Source of the DNA: Chrysomallon squamiferum
Taxonomy: Eukaryota > Animalia > Mollusca
Length of the DNA: 64,000 nt
Assembly: GCA_012295275.1 (NCBI GenBank)
Contig: CM022671.1
Coordinates: 32,550,001 to 32,614,000, forward strand
Direction: 5' to 3'
Position 1 is the stretch's first letter. Each line of letters starts with the position of its first letter. Made by a program: the position numbers and the translations under genes. The notes under the pieces were generated by a model, which worked only from the letters and a program-made list of their open reading frames with translations, was not told where the DNA came from and ran no database searches. Positions 40,552-54,500 of the stretch are shown here, one piece after another.

Positions 40552-43500
40552 TAAGTGTCTGTTTTCAGTAATTCTAATAATTTGTATCATTTGTTTTGTC
40601 AAATTGTTTTAAAATTTTCAATTTATTTTTGGATCCTATTTTTTTTTTTTTTTGTTATAAAAGCTGATAAGAAGATACCAGGAGCTGAAAAGAAAAGCAA
40701 ATATTACCAAAAACATGGGAATCCAAACTATGGTGGTTAGTGAAGAGTATTATTTAATATATTTAGTATTAAAAGGAATTATAACAAAATCTTTTAATAT
40801 CTAATTAGAAAAATATATATTCTTTTTTTTTTAAAGTTCCTAGAGTTGTACAAAATGATACAGATATTTAAATTTCACAAAACTGTATATTATAATTATA
40901 TTAGAATTGTTGTGCTTTTTTTTTTCAGGTATGAAAGGACTTATTAGTGGAACAAGGTATGTTTTGATGAAATTCATAAATTTGTGAAAATCTCTTACTT
41001 CAGGGTTATATGAAAAACAGTATTATGTTTTATTATTAATTTAAAAAAACCACTTAATTCTTAATCTTATTTTTCAACTGTTCTGTATAGTTTTGTTACT
41101 TGTTCTTTAATCAGGTTTCTTTTCATTTCCTAGCCATTTTTAACCATCATTTCATACAGGCTATCAAAAAAGAATACACAAGACTGTATTTTTCAGTTTC
41201 ATTATTTCCATTTTAATTAATTAGTTCTTTTCAGGCAAAATGTTTCAAGAAAACATATTTCTTTGAAATGATAAAATCAGTTAGTAAATGATTCCATGGA
41301 ATTAATTATATTTGTCAGCAGAGGGGTCTTAAAGTACAATTATTTCAGTCTTTAAAATTTAATGTTATTGTGTTTCCCATTTCAAAAAGTATCAACAATG
41401 TTTTGTTTTTAATCAAAGGCTATCCTGTGTATTTTCCTACCGTTGGGGAGGCATATGTAAAGGAACCCTTTCAGCTAATGCTTGTGAAGTGATAGAATCA
41501 GGGTTTCTTTCTATTTATTACAACAAAAGTTCATGTTGGACATCTAATAATCTTTATTATTTATAACATATCATTAAACATTTTTTGCTTCTTTGTTCAC
41601 CAGGAAACGTAAATATGTCTACGAAAAATTAAAAAATGAAGCTGTTGAAACCAAAGATATCATCGTTAATGTAAAGGAGAATGATGATGTAGAAGACGAA
41701 GGCGAAGAAGGTGAAATATTTGACAGTGGTGACAATCAAGATGTCTCTTCTGCTCAGAAAATTAGTGTGTTAAAAAGAGACCTTGACGTAAACGGTAGGA
41801 ATAAACAAAAACCTGTATATTAAATATGTGAGAGCTTGTGAATAGAAAAAACACCTGTTAATGATCTAAAAATATGATTTGATTTTTTCTGATAGCTGCA
41901 TCAGAATTTAAATATATTCAGCATTTTTCAGCCTGTGATAGAAACAAAATATTAATTTTTAATTCATGGTTTATTTGTCCTTAACCCTGGTAGTAATGGA
42001 AGTACTTGCATTATTTGTGTTAGCAAGATATTAAATACAAATTCAAAACTACATTTATTGAATGTTAATATCTTTTAGTATCATCTGAGTCCTCATGACC
42101 CATAATTTAAAAAACAAAATTTTACAAATTTATTTTGAACAAGCAAGATATGGGTCATTTCTGTTTTTAAAAAACAAAAAAGAAAATGAAAAACGAATGT
42201 ACAAAATAAAGCATTTCCTAGCATGTGCAGTTAAAATATTTTATTCTTCTTTCATATTTTATTCAAAATGTGAAAAAAAGAAATGATTTGATGGATATTC
42301 TGTTGGAAGACTTATTAGTACTTATCCATTTATGTTTTGTTGTTGTTATTATTATTGTTATTATTGTTACAGTTATTGTTAGATGCTTTTGTAGAAGTTT
42401 AAATTTCTTCCAATTGATAATTTAAAAAACCCCACTAATTTATCCATATTAACTGTAGATTAACATTTCTTTTTTTTACTTCTCTTTGAATGCTGTATCT
42501 GACAACAGCGACAGTGGACAAAGATGATGATGAGGATGAGTTGGACATGGATGCAGAGCTAGAGCAGCTGTTGGGAACACCAACCAAGAAAAGAACAATG
42601 AGAATGTACGCTGATGATGAGGAAGAACAACTGAGAGCAAAGAGGTTTTCTTTAATATTTGTATTTTTCAATAAATCATAAATTATAATATCTACAAAAA
42701 GATAATCGACATGTCCTTTTATTTTGTTATCTTCATCAGATTTTTTTTCTGCTTTGTAACAGTTCACTGTTGTAACAATTTATTATATCTTACATTTGTT
42801 GTTTGCACCTCTCTGATAAGCATTCATTATATTGTAAATTTTCTATATTTAAATAGATTTTTGTTTTCTGTATTTTTTTAAATTTTATTTTCCCATTCTT
42901 AGCCTGTTGATTTTTTTTCTTTTTAAAAGTTTTATTTAATTTCTACAAAATAGTCTTTATCAAAATTCTACAAAATTTTACGTATGTTATTTTTTTTCAT
43001 TCTTCAGAACGGCAAGAGCTGGTATTTTCACAGTCACCAGAGATGTTGAAGAATCAAAGCCCGGTAAAATCAGAGACGCTCGTGATTTAATTCGACAGGC
43101 TCACTCCAGACCAAAATTTGTCAGTGACTCTAACCCCCAGCTCAGATCAGACGACTTACGAGCAAGGATTCTTAACAAGAGGAAAAACCGTATTCATTAT
43201 CATTCCAATTCTGATGATGATGATGATGACGACGATAGAACTGATAAAGCTAAGATCAGCAGAAGTGACCTTAGATCAAAACTGAGAGACACCCGTACAG
43301 CAAACTCTAGTTCATATTCATCAAGCCAGCACATCATTAGGAGTAACCGGGAAGTGGGTAGGAGTTACAAAAGAGACAAAGATGAGGAAGGCGGAGGGCG
43401 AATATTGCTGAAATACGAGTCTAATTCTGACGATGATATGGGAAGCACTGACTTGAAGTCGAGACTAGGTCCAGTTAAAAAAACAGCACCTCCTGATTCA

Positions 43501-43695
43501 GATGATGAGTTACATTCCGAGTTGCAAACAAGAAAGCTGAGAGGAAAATCAAGTGACAGTTCAGAGGAGAGTGATATGGAAAGTGACAGTAGCAGTGATG
43601 CCAACATTCGAAACAGGGATCTGAGATCAAGGCTGGGTGGGAGAAGGAAACCAAATTCAGATTATCCTTCCATGAAGATAGAGGTTCTGGATTAA
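36501..43695 (+). CDS. NCBP3: Nuclear cap-binding protein subunit 3, ~779 aa
   Basis: 12 exons: 36501-36755, 37403-37465, 37735-37829, 38013-38170, 38391-38525, 39309-39673, 40055-40208, 40664-40735, 40929-40956, 41604-41794, 42509-42644, 43008-43695; total 2340 nt. Hallmarks YENKAGNFCTGIDITSKEA, RLEAIHLRGTENMSTQDVFKYF, VEWIDDKSCNVVW, LFMRFATKAD, YYQKHGNPNYGGMKGLIS, MRMYADDE, DLRSRLG repeats. Confidence 0.95.
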
Positions 43696-45969
43696 AACAT
43701 AACTCACGTTCATAACAACTATTTAAAAAGACTTGACATTGATGTTTGTTTGGTGGATATTTTTTTTTCTTTCTGTTCTCTGTTTGCGAAAAAGAAAAAT
43801 TTTAAAGATTTTTATTTTATGTTTAAATTTTATAATTGAAGCAATAAAATCAGTTTATTTTACCTCGATGAAATGTTTTAATATCAAAAATTATTTTGTT
43901 TTTTGTGTTTTTATTAATTATTTTAGTTTGGATAAACATGTTCTGTCATTAAAATTTTTACATAAAAGTTGTTTTCTTCTCTTTTTTATTTATTTTCATT
44001 ATAATCCTGAAGTGACATCTTAACTGGTACAACTGAATCATCAAAATGGTAGTTTGCAAGCTGTTCAGAATTGATGAATAAACTCCAATAAAAGACACGA
44101 TCAATAAGAAGAATACAAATTTATTCATAAAAACAAAATATATAACACTGCAGGAAAGTATAAAACCAAGCAAACTGATCAATGTGGCATTATCACAATA
44201 ATAAAAAAAAAAAAACACTGAAAGAAAAGTAAGTAGCTGTACTTCTGTTCAGTTTTAAAAAAAGTTACAATCGGGATATGGTACAATTTCATAACTTGTA
44301 AAACTATATTTCTTGCATTAAAATCAAATGGATACATGATAATTATTTAGTTGATGTTGACATTACACTTGGAGGTGAAAAAAGAAAACTATTCTCTTCA
44401 TAATCAAGTCAATTATAAAAATTTAAAATAGAATTTCTCATGCAGTCACTGGATTGTTCTTCAGAATAAAACTAAATTCACTGAAACAGTAATAACACTG
44501 ATTTCTTGTCTCAACATAATATATCTATAAAAATATGTATGATATTTTGACATTTATTTGGGGCCAAAAACAACACATCACAACTACAACTTATTAATGA
44601 ATGAAAAGTGATTGCTTTGTTTTTAATGAGAAAGATGAGACACTGAATAACGTTTGTATCACTGATACAAAAATAACTACAATTCAGGAGAATCCTCAGT
44701 TAACTTGGAAAAAGATTAATACTTTAGAAACATTTTAAAAATAAATTTGCAGTTCTTGGCCTAGTGCACTTTTGTTGCAAGGGCCATTTTTATAAAAGCA
44801 TATCAAAATAATCCTTCAAAATTGATTTTTTATTTTTTTTTTATTTTTTTCATAATTGTAAGACACAAAAAAAAAAAAAAAAATGTAATTTCCATTTTGT
44901 AATATAAATTTGAGTAAATACATTTTGTTGAATTTTGTATATGATTTTTAAATTTAAGATATTAAAATTTGTGTGGTTCCAAAATACAATTATCTTCTCA
45001 AGAACAAATATGTTCACAGTTAATTCACAATCCAGCTACAGATCTATGAGCTATTTGTCAAATGCAATGAAGTGTGACTTTGTATAAATGATTTCTTGCT
45101 CGTCTTCAACAAGAAGAGCCCATGGAATAACAACTGGAACTTATTCTAATAGGTTATACATAAAAAAAAATTTAAAAAAAATAATTAAAAAAAAATGGAA
45201 AAAAAGATCATCTGGTATTAATATTCTGAGCTACCATTAGACTAAAATAAATGATTCATATACTGCATAATATAAAAATTTAAGCTAAGTTTTTACATAA
45301 AAAATAACAGTTTACTTAGTAATTAATATATCTGATATTATTAAAAAATATTTTTAACTTTTAAGATGCTCTCTTATTTTGTTGAATAATAGATATTACT
45401 TTCATCTAAATTAATTAAGTATAAAATTCTGATTTGTTAAAAATACAAACCAAACTAAATCAATAAATTCTTACAAAGGAATAAATATCACAGACTGATC
45501 AGAAATATTTATAATTCAGTGTTTGATGATGATGATTTCTTAAAAAAACAAGTTTTCTCTTTCAATACTTTTTACAGATCAATTCCAAACAGTAAAACTT
45601 TTGTAATTCTTCTTTCACATAAAGGTCATCATGCAGTGAATCTGGATGTTTTCTTTACCAGCATGAGTTATGCTGAATGCTACTTTTACTTTGTTTTTGT
45701 TTCTTATTATCTTCTTCTTCTTATTATTATTATTTTTTTTTAATCATCCTTACATTTTAACCATATTTGGATTTATATTTTGTTTGATATGGATTGTCAC
45801 TACTATCCTTTTTACTTGTTTTCTGTAATGTTATTTTTACATTTGGATATTTTTTCTTTCTATGGGAATGAAATCCATGTGTTTTACACAAATCTTTGAG
45901 AAAATGTATTCATTATGTTAACATGCGGTTCTTTAAAATCATTAATAAACAAACTCTTTGATTAGTGTT

Positions 45970-48352
45970 TCAGGTTTTACTCTTTGTTAACCTGAAAAAT
46001 GAAAATATATTTGTCAGTATGTTTCTTCTACGCACTGCTGAGTGATGTCTGGTGGCATTCTGTCTTGCATCGATGAAAGATTTTGCAGCTGTGTCAAAAG
46101 CGCTGCATTCTTTGAGCACCTGAAATTGAAATACGTTAAATAAAAGTAGAACATCTTTATTCATAAAACAGTTAAAAAACAAGAACAAGAAAAATAAATT
46201 CTGACTGAATCACTTCTTCAACAAACAGTTTCAGCTTGCTTCATAAACGTGTAGCCTGATAAATAATTGTAAAGATGTGCTGTTATTTAGAAGTATAATG
46301 AAATAAAAGGTCACTTGCATCACTACAACTGAATATTTTCCTTAAAATAAACCATCTGACTACAAAGTATCATGCCTGTAATCAAATATTACTTTGACCT
46401 TTTAAACCTAATCACTGAAACCAAACTTTGTTTATGATAAATTTCTGAATTAAAGTGTCATTTATGGTTTGGATTGGATTGTAAGACACAGACAAAATTG
46501 TTTAAATATATATTTTTAGTGTTACAAATCAGCAAGTTTTAGTGTCTTACTTTGTAAATTCCTTCCATTTTGCAAACTGGTCTTTTGAGAGGCATCATTA
46601 TCACTGGTAGCACATTAATGGCATCCACAGAAGTGACAGACTGAATACTGCTGAGGTGGATAAGAATTTCCCCAGTAAAACCATCATTAGTGATCCACCC
46701 ATAATCTAAAACAGACAGCAGCATCATGGTGCCTCGCATCGTAAGATAATCTTTAGGAATTCCAGTGCTGCAGCAAAACAAAAAAGAAAATAAAAAGTTT
46801 AAAAAATACATTCATTTTTGTGTATGGCTATATTTGCATAATCTTTTTGTTATTTCTCTTATCTTATCTTTCTTTCTTTTTTTTTTTTTTTTAAATATTA
46901 AAATATTTATCAAAGGAAAAAGTAAGAATAAAAACAATAATAATTTTTGTAAGTAAATCCATCTAGTAATGCCTCTCACTGTATAATTTAATGCATGATA
47001 TAAAATAAAACTTACAATTTGAATGTGGCATTGAACACAGGCTGTAATGTTTTTTCTACAGCTTTAGTTTTCTGTGGCATGGCAGGCTGAAACATTGTAT
47101 GGGGCTGTAGGCTAACTTCTACATATGTATGACAAAGTCCTGATGGATCGAATTCAGGCAGATCAATTGCTTGTAGCACTGCGAAATACATATTTTTATA
47201 TGTATATAGATAGATAGATAGATAGATCAATAGACATCTATTTAATTTAACAGTATATACAATAACATCAATACTATTACATTTTCATTCTTTACATCTG
47301 TATAGTGTGTGCTATAAAAATAAAATCCAATAGTTCTTACACTATATGGAGGATAATATGGAGTATCATATGATTACAGTTCAGCATCAAATATAATTCT
47401 TTCATTATGTTTTTCTTTTTCATATTTTCATTAAATGTTTAGTATCAAACAGAATTGTAGAGAGCTGCACACACATACACACACACTCATGTATATATAA
47501 TATTCTTTCATTATGTTTTTCTTTTTACTTTTTCATACATTTAACATTTTTATAACTTCTGATCTATGCATAATAGAACTGACCTGTAAAAAGGATAAGA
47601 GAAAATTGTTTTTGATTTTTAAATATATTTATTGTAGAGATTCTAAAAAACACCACTGACATTAATGATACAAATGGGGATATGAAGCTGAAGAATATGA
47701 AATACATTTTGTAGCTAATTTTTCACTATACCGTGATGATGCTGGTCACACATTCACACACTCACTCACACACACATCTACATACACAAACCCACACATA
47801 CGTACATTCACACTTAGAATTCTAGCTCTGGAATTACCTATAACATACACAGTAATCATGTCCCTGGTTTCTTCTAGGTAAGCAGTTCTCACAGAAAGAA
47901 GTCCCAAATATTCAGTGGATTTTTGCTAAAAACAAATTATATATATATATATAAATAAAAATATTAATTGGTGCTTCTTTGTATATTGTTGTGTATATGT
48001 AGGTGAGTGTTTGTGTATATATATAGGTGGATTAGTCTGAGTATTCTTTGGCAGAGGACAGTTCAGACAGACATTTGGAACAGATATTGCTGGAGAACCA
48101 CCATTATACACCCAAATGTCTGTCAGAGCTGCTCTGTACCAGATGGTACTCAGGTATTTCTCTGTACAAAAAGGTGGGTATTTTTCTCACTATATGTATA
48201 TGGAGGTGTTTCTCTGTAGTTATATATGTACATGTTTCTCTGTAAGTATATGGATTATTCTCTGCATGTTTGTATATGTATGTGGGTATTTCTCTGCATC
48301 ACTGTGTATATGTAGGTCAGTATTTTTCTGTATGTATGTACATATAGGTGTG

Positions 48353-48405
<53 letters not shown>

Positions 48406-48490
48406 ATATGTGTGTATTTGTGCATTTGTGTCTATATGAATAGGAGTTTGTCCATATATTGATGGGTGTTCCTTTGTGTCAACACACATA

Positions 48491-48539
<49 letters not shown>

Positions 48540-51500
48540 GTATTTATGTAAGTATTTATTTGTATGCATGTATTTGTCTCTGACACTAGAAAGGATGGGA
48601 TAACTAACTGGATTGTCTGCCAGCTCCTCGAAGTACTTCATGATCAGTTTTCCTGTTGTCTGGGAGTTTGTCTCCAGCCTATGAATGAGATCGCTGTAGT
48701 AAAATGAGTATTTTGTTTCCTCAGGTAAATCACAGTTTGTGAAAAACGAGGCTAGAGACTGCAGATGCTAGAGAAACACACATTTTTGTTTAGAGCAAAG
48801 ATTTACATATATCACATGATTAACATTACATTGTTGGTTGTATACTAATTATACCTATCTCTTAAAATAATTTTAGTTTCAATGTTTGTGTTTTCTCTCT
48901 CTCTATCTCTCAGCCTCTCATCTTTTACTCTCTTTTTCATGCAAACTGGCATACATATTCTTATATATACATACATAACCAATGTATTCATACAAATATA
49001 CATCCACACACACTGATATGCATATACATACACACAAAGATGCTCTCTGTAATACGTTAGAATTTGGTGTAATTTTTTAAAAATCAAATTTTATAATTAA
49101 TGAAGTGATGTGTTATGTGCAACGAAAAGTCTATTATGAGAAACAAATAATTTAAAAATAAAAAAGTTCTGTAATTAATTTTAAAATACCTACCCTTTTC
49201 ATGTGTTCATAATATTCAGCTGATCTCTGTAAATAATAATAATAAAAACAATAATGAAAGAGAAACAATTTTACTCATATTTCCAAAACCTACAACTGAA
49301 CATAAATTAGAAAACCTTAACTATATTATTTTGTTCAGTTATAGCATCCATATTGCTTTACCATATTATCTGTCAACATCCCTCCCATAACATTCAAATA
49401 TTATAAATGAAATATACTCAATTAAAAAACTTTTCAACCATTAAGATTTTCACTGTACTTGTTAAAAAAACTCTTAGATGGAAATGGAGAAGTAAGCAGG
49501 GGGCATGGCATTCCACATCTTTTTAGATTTTAAATCCAATTTACTAGTATGGAGATATTTAATTAGCAAGGCCATAGTGCAAGGAGAAATATTTAATTAC
49601 GCATCATTATCCAGTATCTACACATTTCAGACTGGTACACCATTGCAGAAATGACAATTCTAAGATGCTATAAAGGACAGTCTCTTCAGATCAGTGAAGA
49701 AATAAACAGTAATAAAAACACTTGGCTCACAGAGTCCATTCTCCACAGTTTTTCCTAACCACATTCCAATGGACCTTAGCATACCCTAGCTCCTTAAATC
49801 CATTTCCATCAGTGGGTGTAATACTGGTAATAAACAAATACCCCTGTCAGCATGTTGTTATCAAAGAGAAGCAGCATGACACCCCAGACTTCCTCTATCA
49901 TTTTGGGGTAGATTGTAGCAGACATTTTTTCTTGAAGTGTCATTAAGTTGGTGGACAAGTACTGAAATGTACTGTCTCCTGACTGAAAGAAAAAAAAAAA
50001 AAAACATAAATAAACATATGGAAATAAAAATGAAAACTATTAATTTAATTTCTTTGATTTTTGTTAATGATGATTTAACATAATTATATAGTTCATATCT
50101 TTTTAACAACCACTTTGTGTAGTGTATCCTTCCTTAGTGATGTTTACATAACATGCAACATCCAGTCTTTTGAACAAAACACAATTAGCTCATAGTTCAG
50201 CCCAAAGAAGTGATATGTATTTATTAACAATTGACTGAATTATTGTTGTTCTTTTTCTGGACATTTTAATAAAAAGAAATAATCAGAGATAAATCGTGAC
50301 GAATAATCAATAATAAATACTGATCAACAACTCACTGAAATTTGTTCTGGAGGCTTAGATAAAAACATCTTCATCTGTGTCTGAATGAACGCTTTCATTT
50401 TGAAAGCTATTTTCTTTAGCAGAAACGAACTCTTCACCATGATGTCCTGAGTTTTGACACTGACCAGACGGTTGAGAGTGACCAGTGACTGCTTGCCAAT
50501 GCTTTCATTTCCATGGAACGCAGACAAAGTGTCTGCAGCTGCTTTCCAGTGTAACAGTTCTGGCAGTTCATTAAGATACAGACACACGTGCTCAATGTTG
50601 TTAAGTGTTATGCAAACCTGACAAAGATGAAATTACATCAGTTAACAGTGATTGTTCTCTAGCACCACTTTAAAGTCTACCTGTGGCCACACCAGTAAAC
50701 AGACTGACATAAAAATTATTTGAACTTGGAAGTTATTTTACTGCTTTGGGAGACCCATCATCAGTCACATCACGGAATGACAATAAAATAAATACATTTG
50801 AATCTGCCAATTTATCTTTTCAAAGCTTAATGGTGATGTTATTGTGTATGTGGCAGGATAATGGTTGTAAACACTGGAAGAAATATTAAAACAGAGGGAG
50901 ACATCATGTCTGCGATGACATAACAACTACACAATTATGCTGGCACCCAAGACGTTTTTAAACTGTCCTCTTTTTTTTCTTCATCAAGTATTACGATTGG
51001 ATAGTAAAAGAATTAACAAAGGAATAGGGCAAAACTTATAAATATGCAAAATGTGTTTAAACTATTTCTGCGTCTTTCTACAGATACATTTTAAAATGTT
51101 ATTTTTTGTCACTGTTTCAACTCTGACCCCTGCTAAACAAAAATAAATTTTATTGCAACTCATAATGCATTTTATTACATATGGTCTAAAATAAATATCA
51201 ATATCATTTTTTTTTTTTTTTTTAATTTATATAATTAATATTATTTATTTTTATTTATATACTGAAATTAATTTCATTAGAGGTGATATAGTCCTTATAA
51301 CCAAGCAAAATGTATGTATCATGTTTGAAATGTATTGATATTATTTATTTACTTAGGCTACATATTAACATCAACTTCATTATAAATTCTATTATATATG
51401 CTGCATACCACCATAAAATACCAGCATCATTTTTTAGATTTGACTACTATCATTTATTTCACTTACATATTATATTTACCTTTATTACAGGTGATATAAG

Positions 51501-54500
51501 CTGTTTACCTCAGTGTAATTTTTAAAATTAATTCATATAATTTACAGCTCAGTTACATTTTGTGTATTGTAAACTCATGCAGTTTAATTAAAGTATAGAC
51601 ACAACTGTGTGAAACAAACCTGATCTGTAATATCAAACTGAACCTTGTTCTTTTCATAGAAATGGTTTCGTTCTAAGGTCAAGTGAATTATGTCAACATA
51701 ATGTTGAACACCATCACATATCATCTGAAATACAACAATAATCAATAAATAAATGTGAAAATATTTAAAATTTATTTTAATAAAAAAAAAATTAATAAAT
51801 TATTTAATTAAAATTATGAATTTCCTGTAATTAATTTTAAATGAACCATTCCAAACTTTTAAAGAGTATCATTATTACATTTTAGAAAAAAAAAAAAAAA
51901 AAAAAAAATTACCATAATATAAAATTAAAATGATGTACAACAGTTTAAATTATCAGACTTCAAAGTTGAAATTTCAAACATCTCAGTTTTAAAGAAAATA
52001 CACAATGTCCATAAAGTTAACTCAGACAAAAAGAAAAAAGTTTGCATTATAATAAAAACAGATTTTGCATCATATTGTAATATAAAGAGCTTACTTATCT
52101 ATAAGCAATAGAAGGCAATGTTAGTGATCATCATCATACTATTTTTATATGTATAGATCTAATTAATACACTTCTAAGCCTGGTTTTCTCCAAATTAAAT
52201 AACTGGCCTGCTACCAGTGTATTATTAAATTTGACTTACATCAGTGATTTTGGTAATGCCCATCATTTTGTAATCAGGATCCTTATAACCAATCTTGATC
52301 CATTCATTAACTACCTGTGAAAAATAATCTCACATATATCATCTACATTCATTTTTTTTTAATTGAGACATCCATAAAAATTAAAATAATAACTTTATTT
52401 CTAATTCCCAGAAAGATTGTTTGATATGGATGTATGAGATGTTAACTGAATATTCCAAATTAATTTTTTTTAAAGTTTAAATTTATGTAAAGGTTTAGTT
52501 TTTATGTTTTCTGTCTTGTTATTTTATCAAATCAAAAAGATTTCTGTTTTTATTTTCCATAATTTATATATGTGCATTTGGAAATTCTCAAATAAATGAT
52601 TTTGGTAAAGTTTTGTTTCAGAGACCATCAACTTAATATTCCACATAAATTTGAAATAAGACAAAAAATTAACAAGATTTAATTTAATTTTTGTATTCTT
52701 TTTCCTTTTAGAAATATAATCTGTTTATTAAAAACTGACAGAGTGAATTTTCTGATATTTTGCATAATCTTTTTTCCCACTGACAATATAGATAAATAAC
52801 TGCAAAGAACAATTATAAAATTTAAAGTCACTCACTGTTGCAAAGCAGGAAAGCACATCCACCGAAGAATTTGAAAACTTCACTAAGGATGTCACTAACA
52901 CCAACTGTCACAATGAGAAACAAGAACATTTTAAACCTCATTTAAAACTCAGTTATTCTTTTCTAAGATGTTAGAAGTGATGTTTGCTTTTTAAATTATT
53001 ATCAAAGAGCCAGTGAATGAAAAAATGAATAAATGAAAGAATGAATGAATAACATAGAGCCAGTGTATGAATAAATGAATGAAGAAACAAATGAATAACA
53101 AAGAGCCAGATAGTTATTTTACTCGTTTAGCATTTAAAAATAAAAATTATTATAAAAAGCTGAACAACAAACATTATTTTTTGTTTAATTACAGACAGGA
53201 TATCTATATGGTTTCTATTACATTCATATCTAGAAAACCCCCCACAAAAATACAACATATAAATAATAAAATGAATGAGCTATCAGTGATATCTTTAATA
53301 TTCCATAAGCAAAATGTATGTTTTACCAACCTAGAAAATAGAATGTAAGAGTTACAAATTTGTTTACGTTTGACATATTACACATATAACACAATAATAA
53401 CAAAATGTTTTATCTACTCACATCTTTATCAATTTCCACTGCTTTCTGCAGTCTTGTAAAACATTCAGTCTTAAAGGTCTGAAGCCAGAATACCAGCGAT
53501 CCTTCAAACCACGTCTGATAGTTACTGATGGTCAAACGATGCAGGTCCCTGCAGACACAAAGTAAAACCGGTCTTAAGGAACATGAATGATGTTGTGGAA
53601 AATGTATTTTATGGTAAATACATGTCATGTAATGAAGATGTTATACAAAATGATCACAATAAATACGTCTTATTAATCTAAAGGCTGAAAGATTCAACAG
53701 TCAAAGATGCCTGTGTGAAAGGATATTTCATTCCCCTGGGTTAAAGAATATTTGTTCATACCCATAAACATTTGTTCGCCTCCCCCCCATGTGTGGAGGA
53801 ACTATTGATTTTACAGAATTAGGGTGAATTTTTCAGACTTGGGTAACAATACATTTTTTGAAACTCATTGTCCTCAATATTTTCTTACCAGTGTACTAAC
53901 TGTCCTTAGTATTTTTATAACTGGAAATAAAATGAGAAAAATAAAATCATCGCCTGCAAGAATATTCAGGGGGAACTAATATTCTCTGACACCATATCCA
54001 AAATCCAAAATGGCGCCCTATCATTTAGGCCAGATTATTTTGCCAGTCTGATGTAAGAAAAGAAGAAATGTTTCACTTGCCTGTCATCTAGACCTTCATT
54101 TAACAGCTGGTACAATTTTCGAACCGAGAAGTAAAGACTAAGTGAGAGCTGACTGCTTTTTGTGATGTTCACTGAGTAATTCTGATACTGCAGCTGGTAT
54201 TTATCCATTTCCAACATCAGCTCTTGGGTAGCTGTTGCTACCTGAAGAACACATTATAAACATTATAAACAAAATAACATGAATCAATTAAAAAACAAAC
54301 TCCACCCTTGCAACCCCTCCACAAAATGCTTCTGTTAGATCATACAGTTGTTTTTGTTTATAATCATTTATTGTAATTAATTTTTAAAAGAATTTTGTAA
54401 TTTTCTTTTATAAACAATACTTTAATAAAATATACAGTTATATTTTAATTTATATAAATTTTAACAGATTGTCTGCATATAAAATAATTTTTTGAAATTT

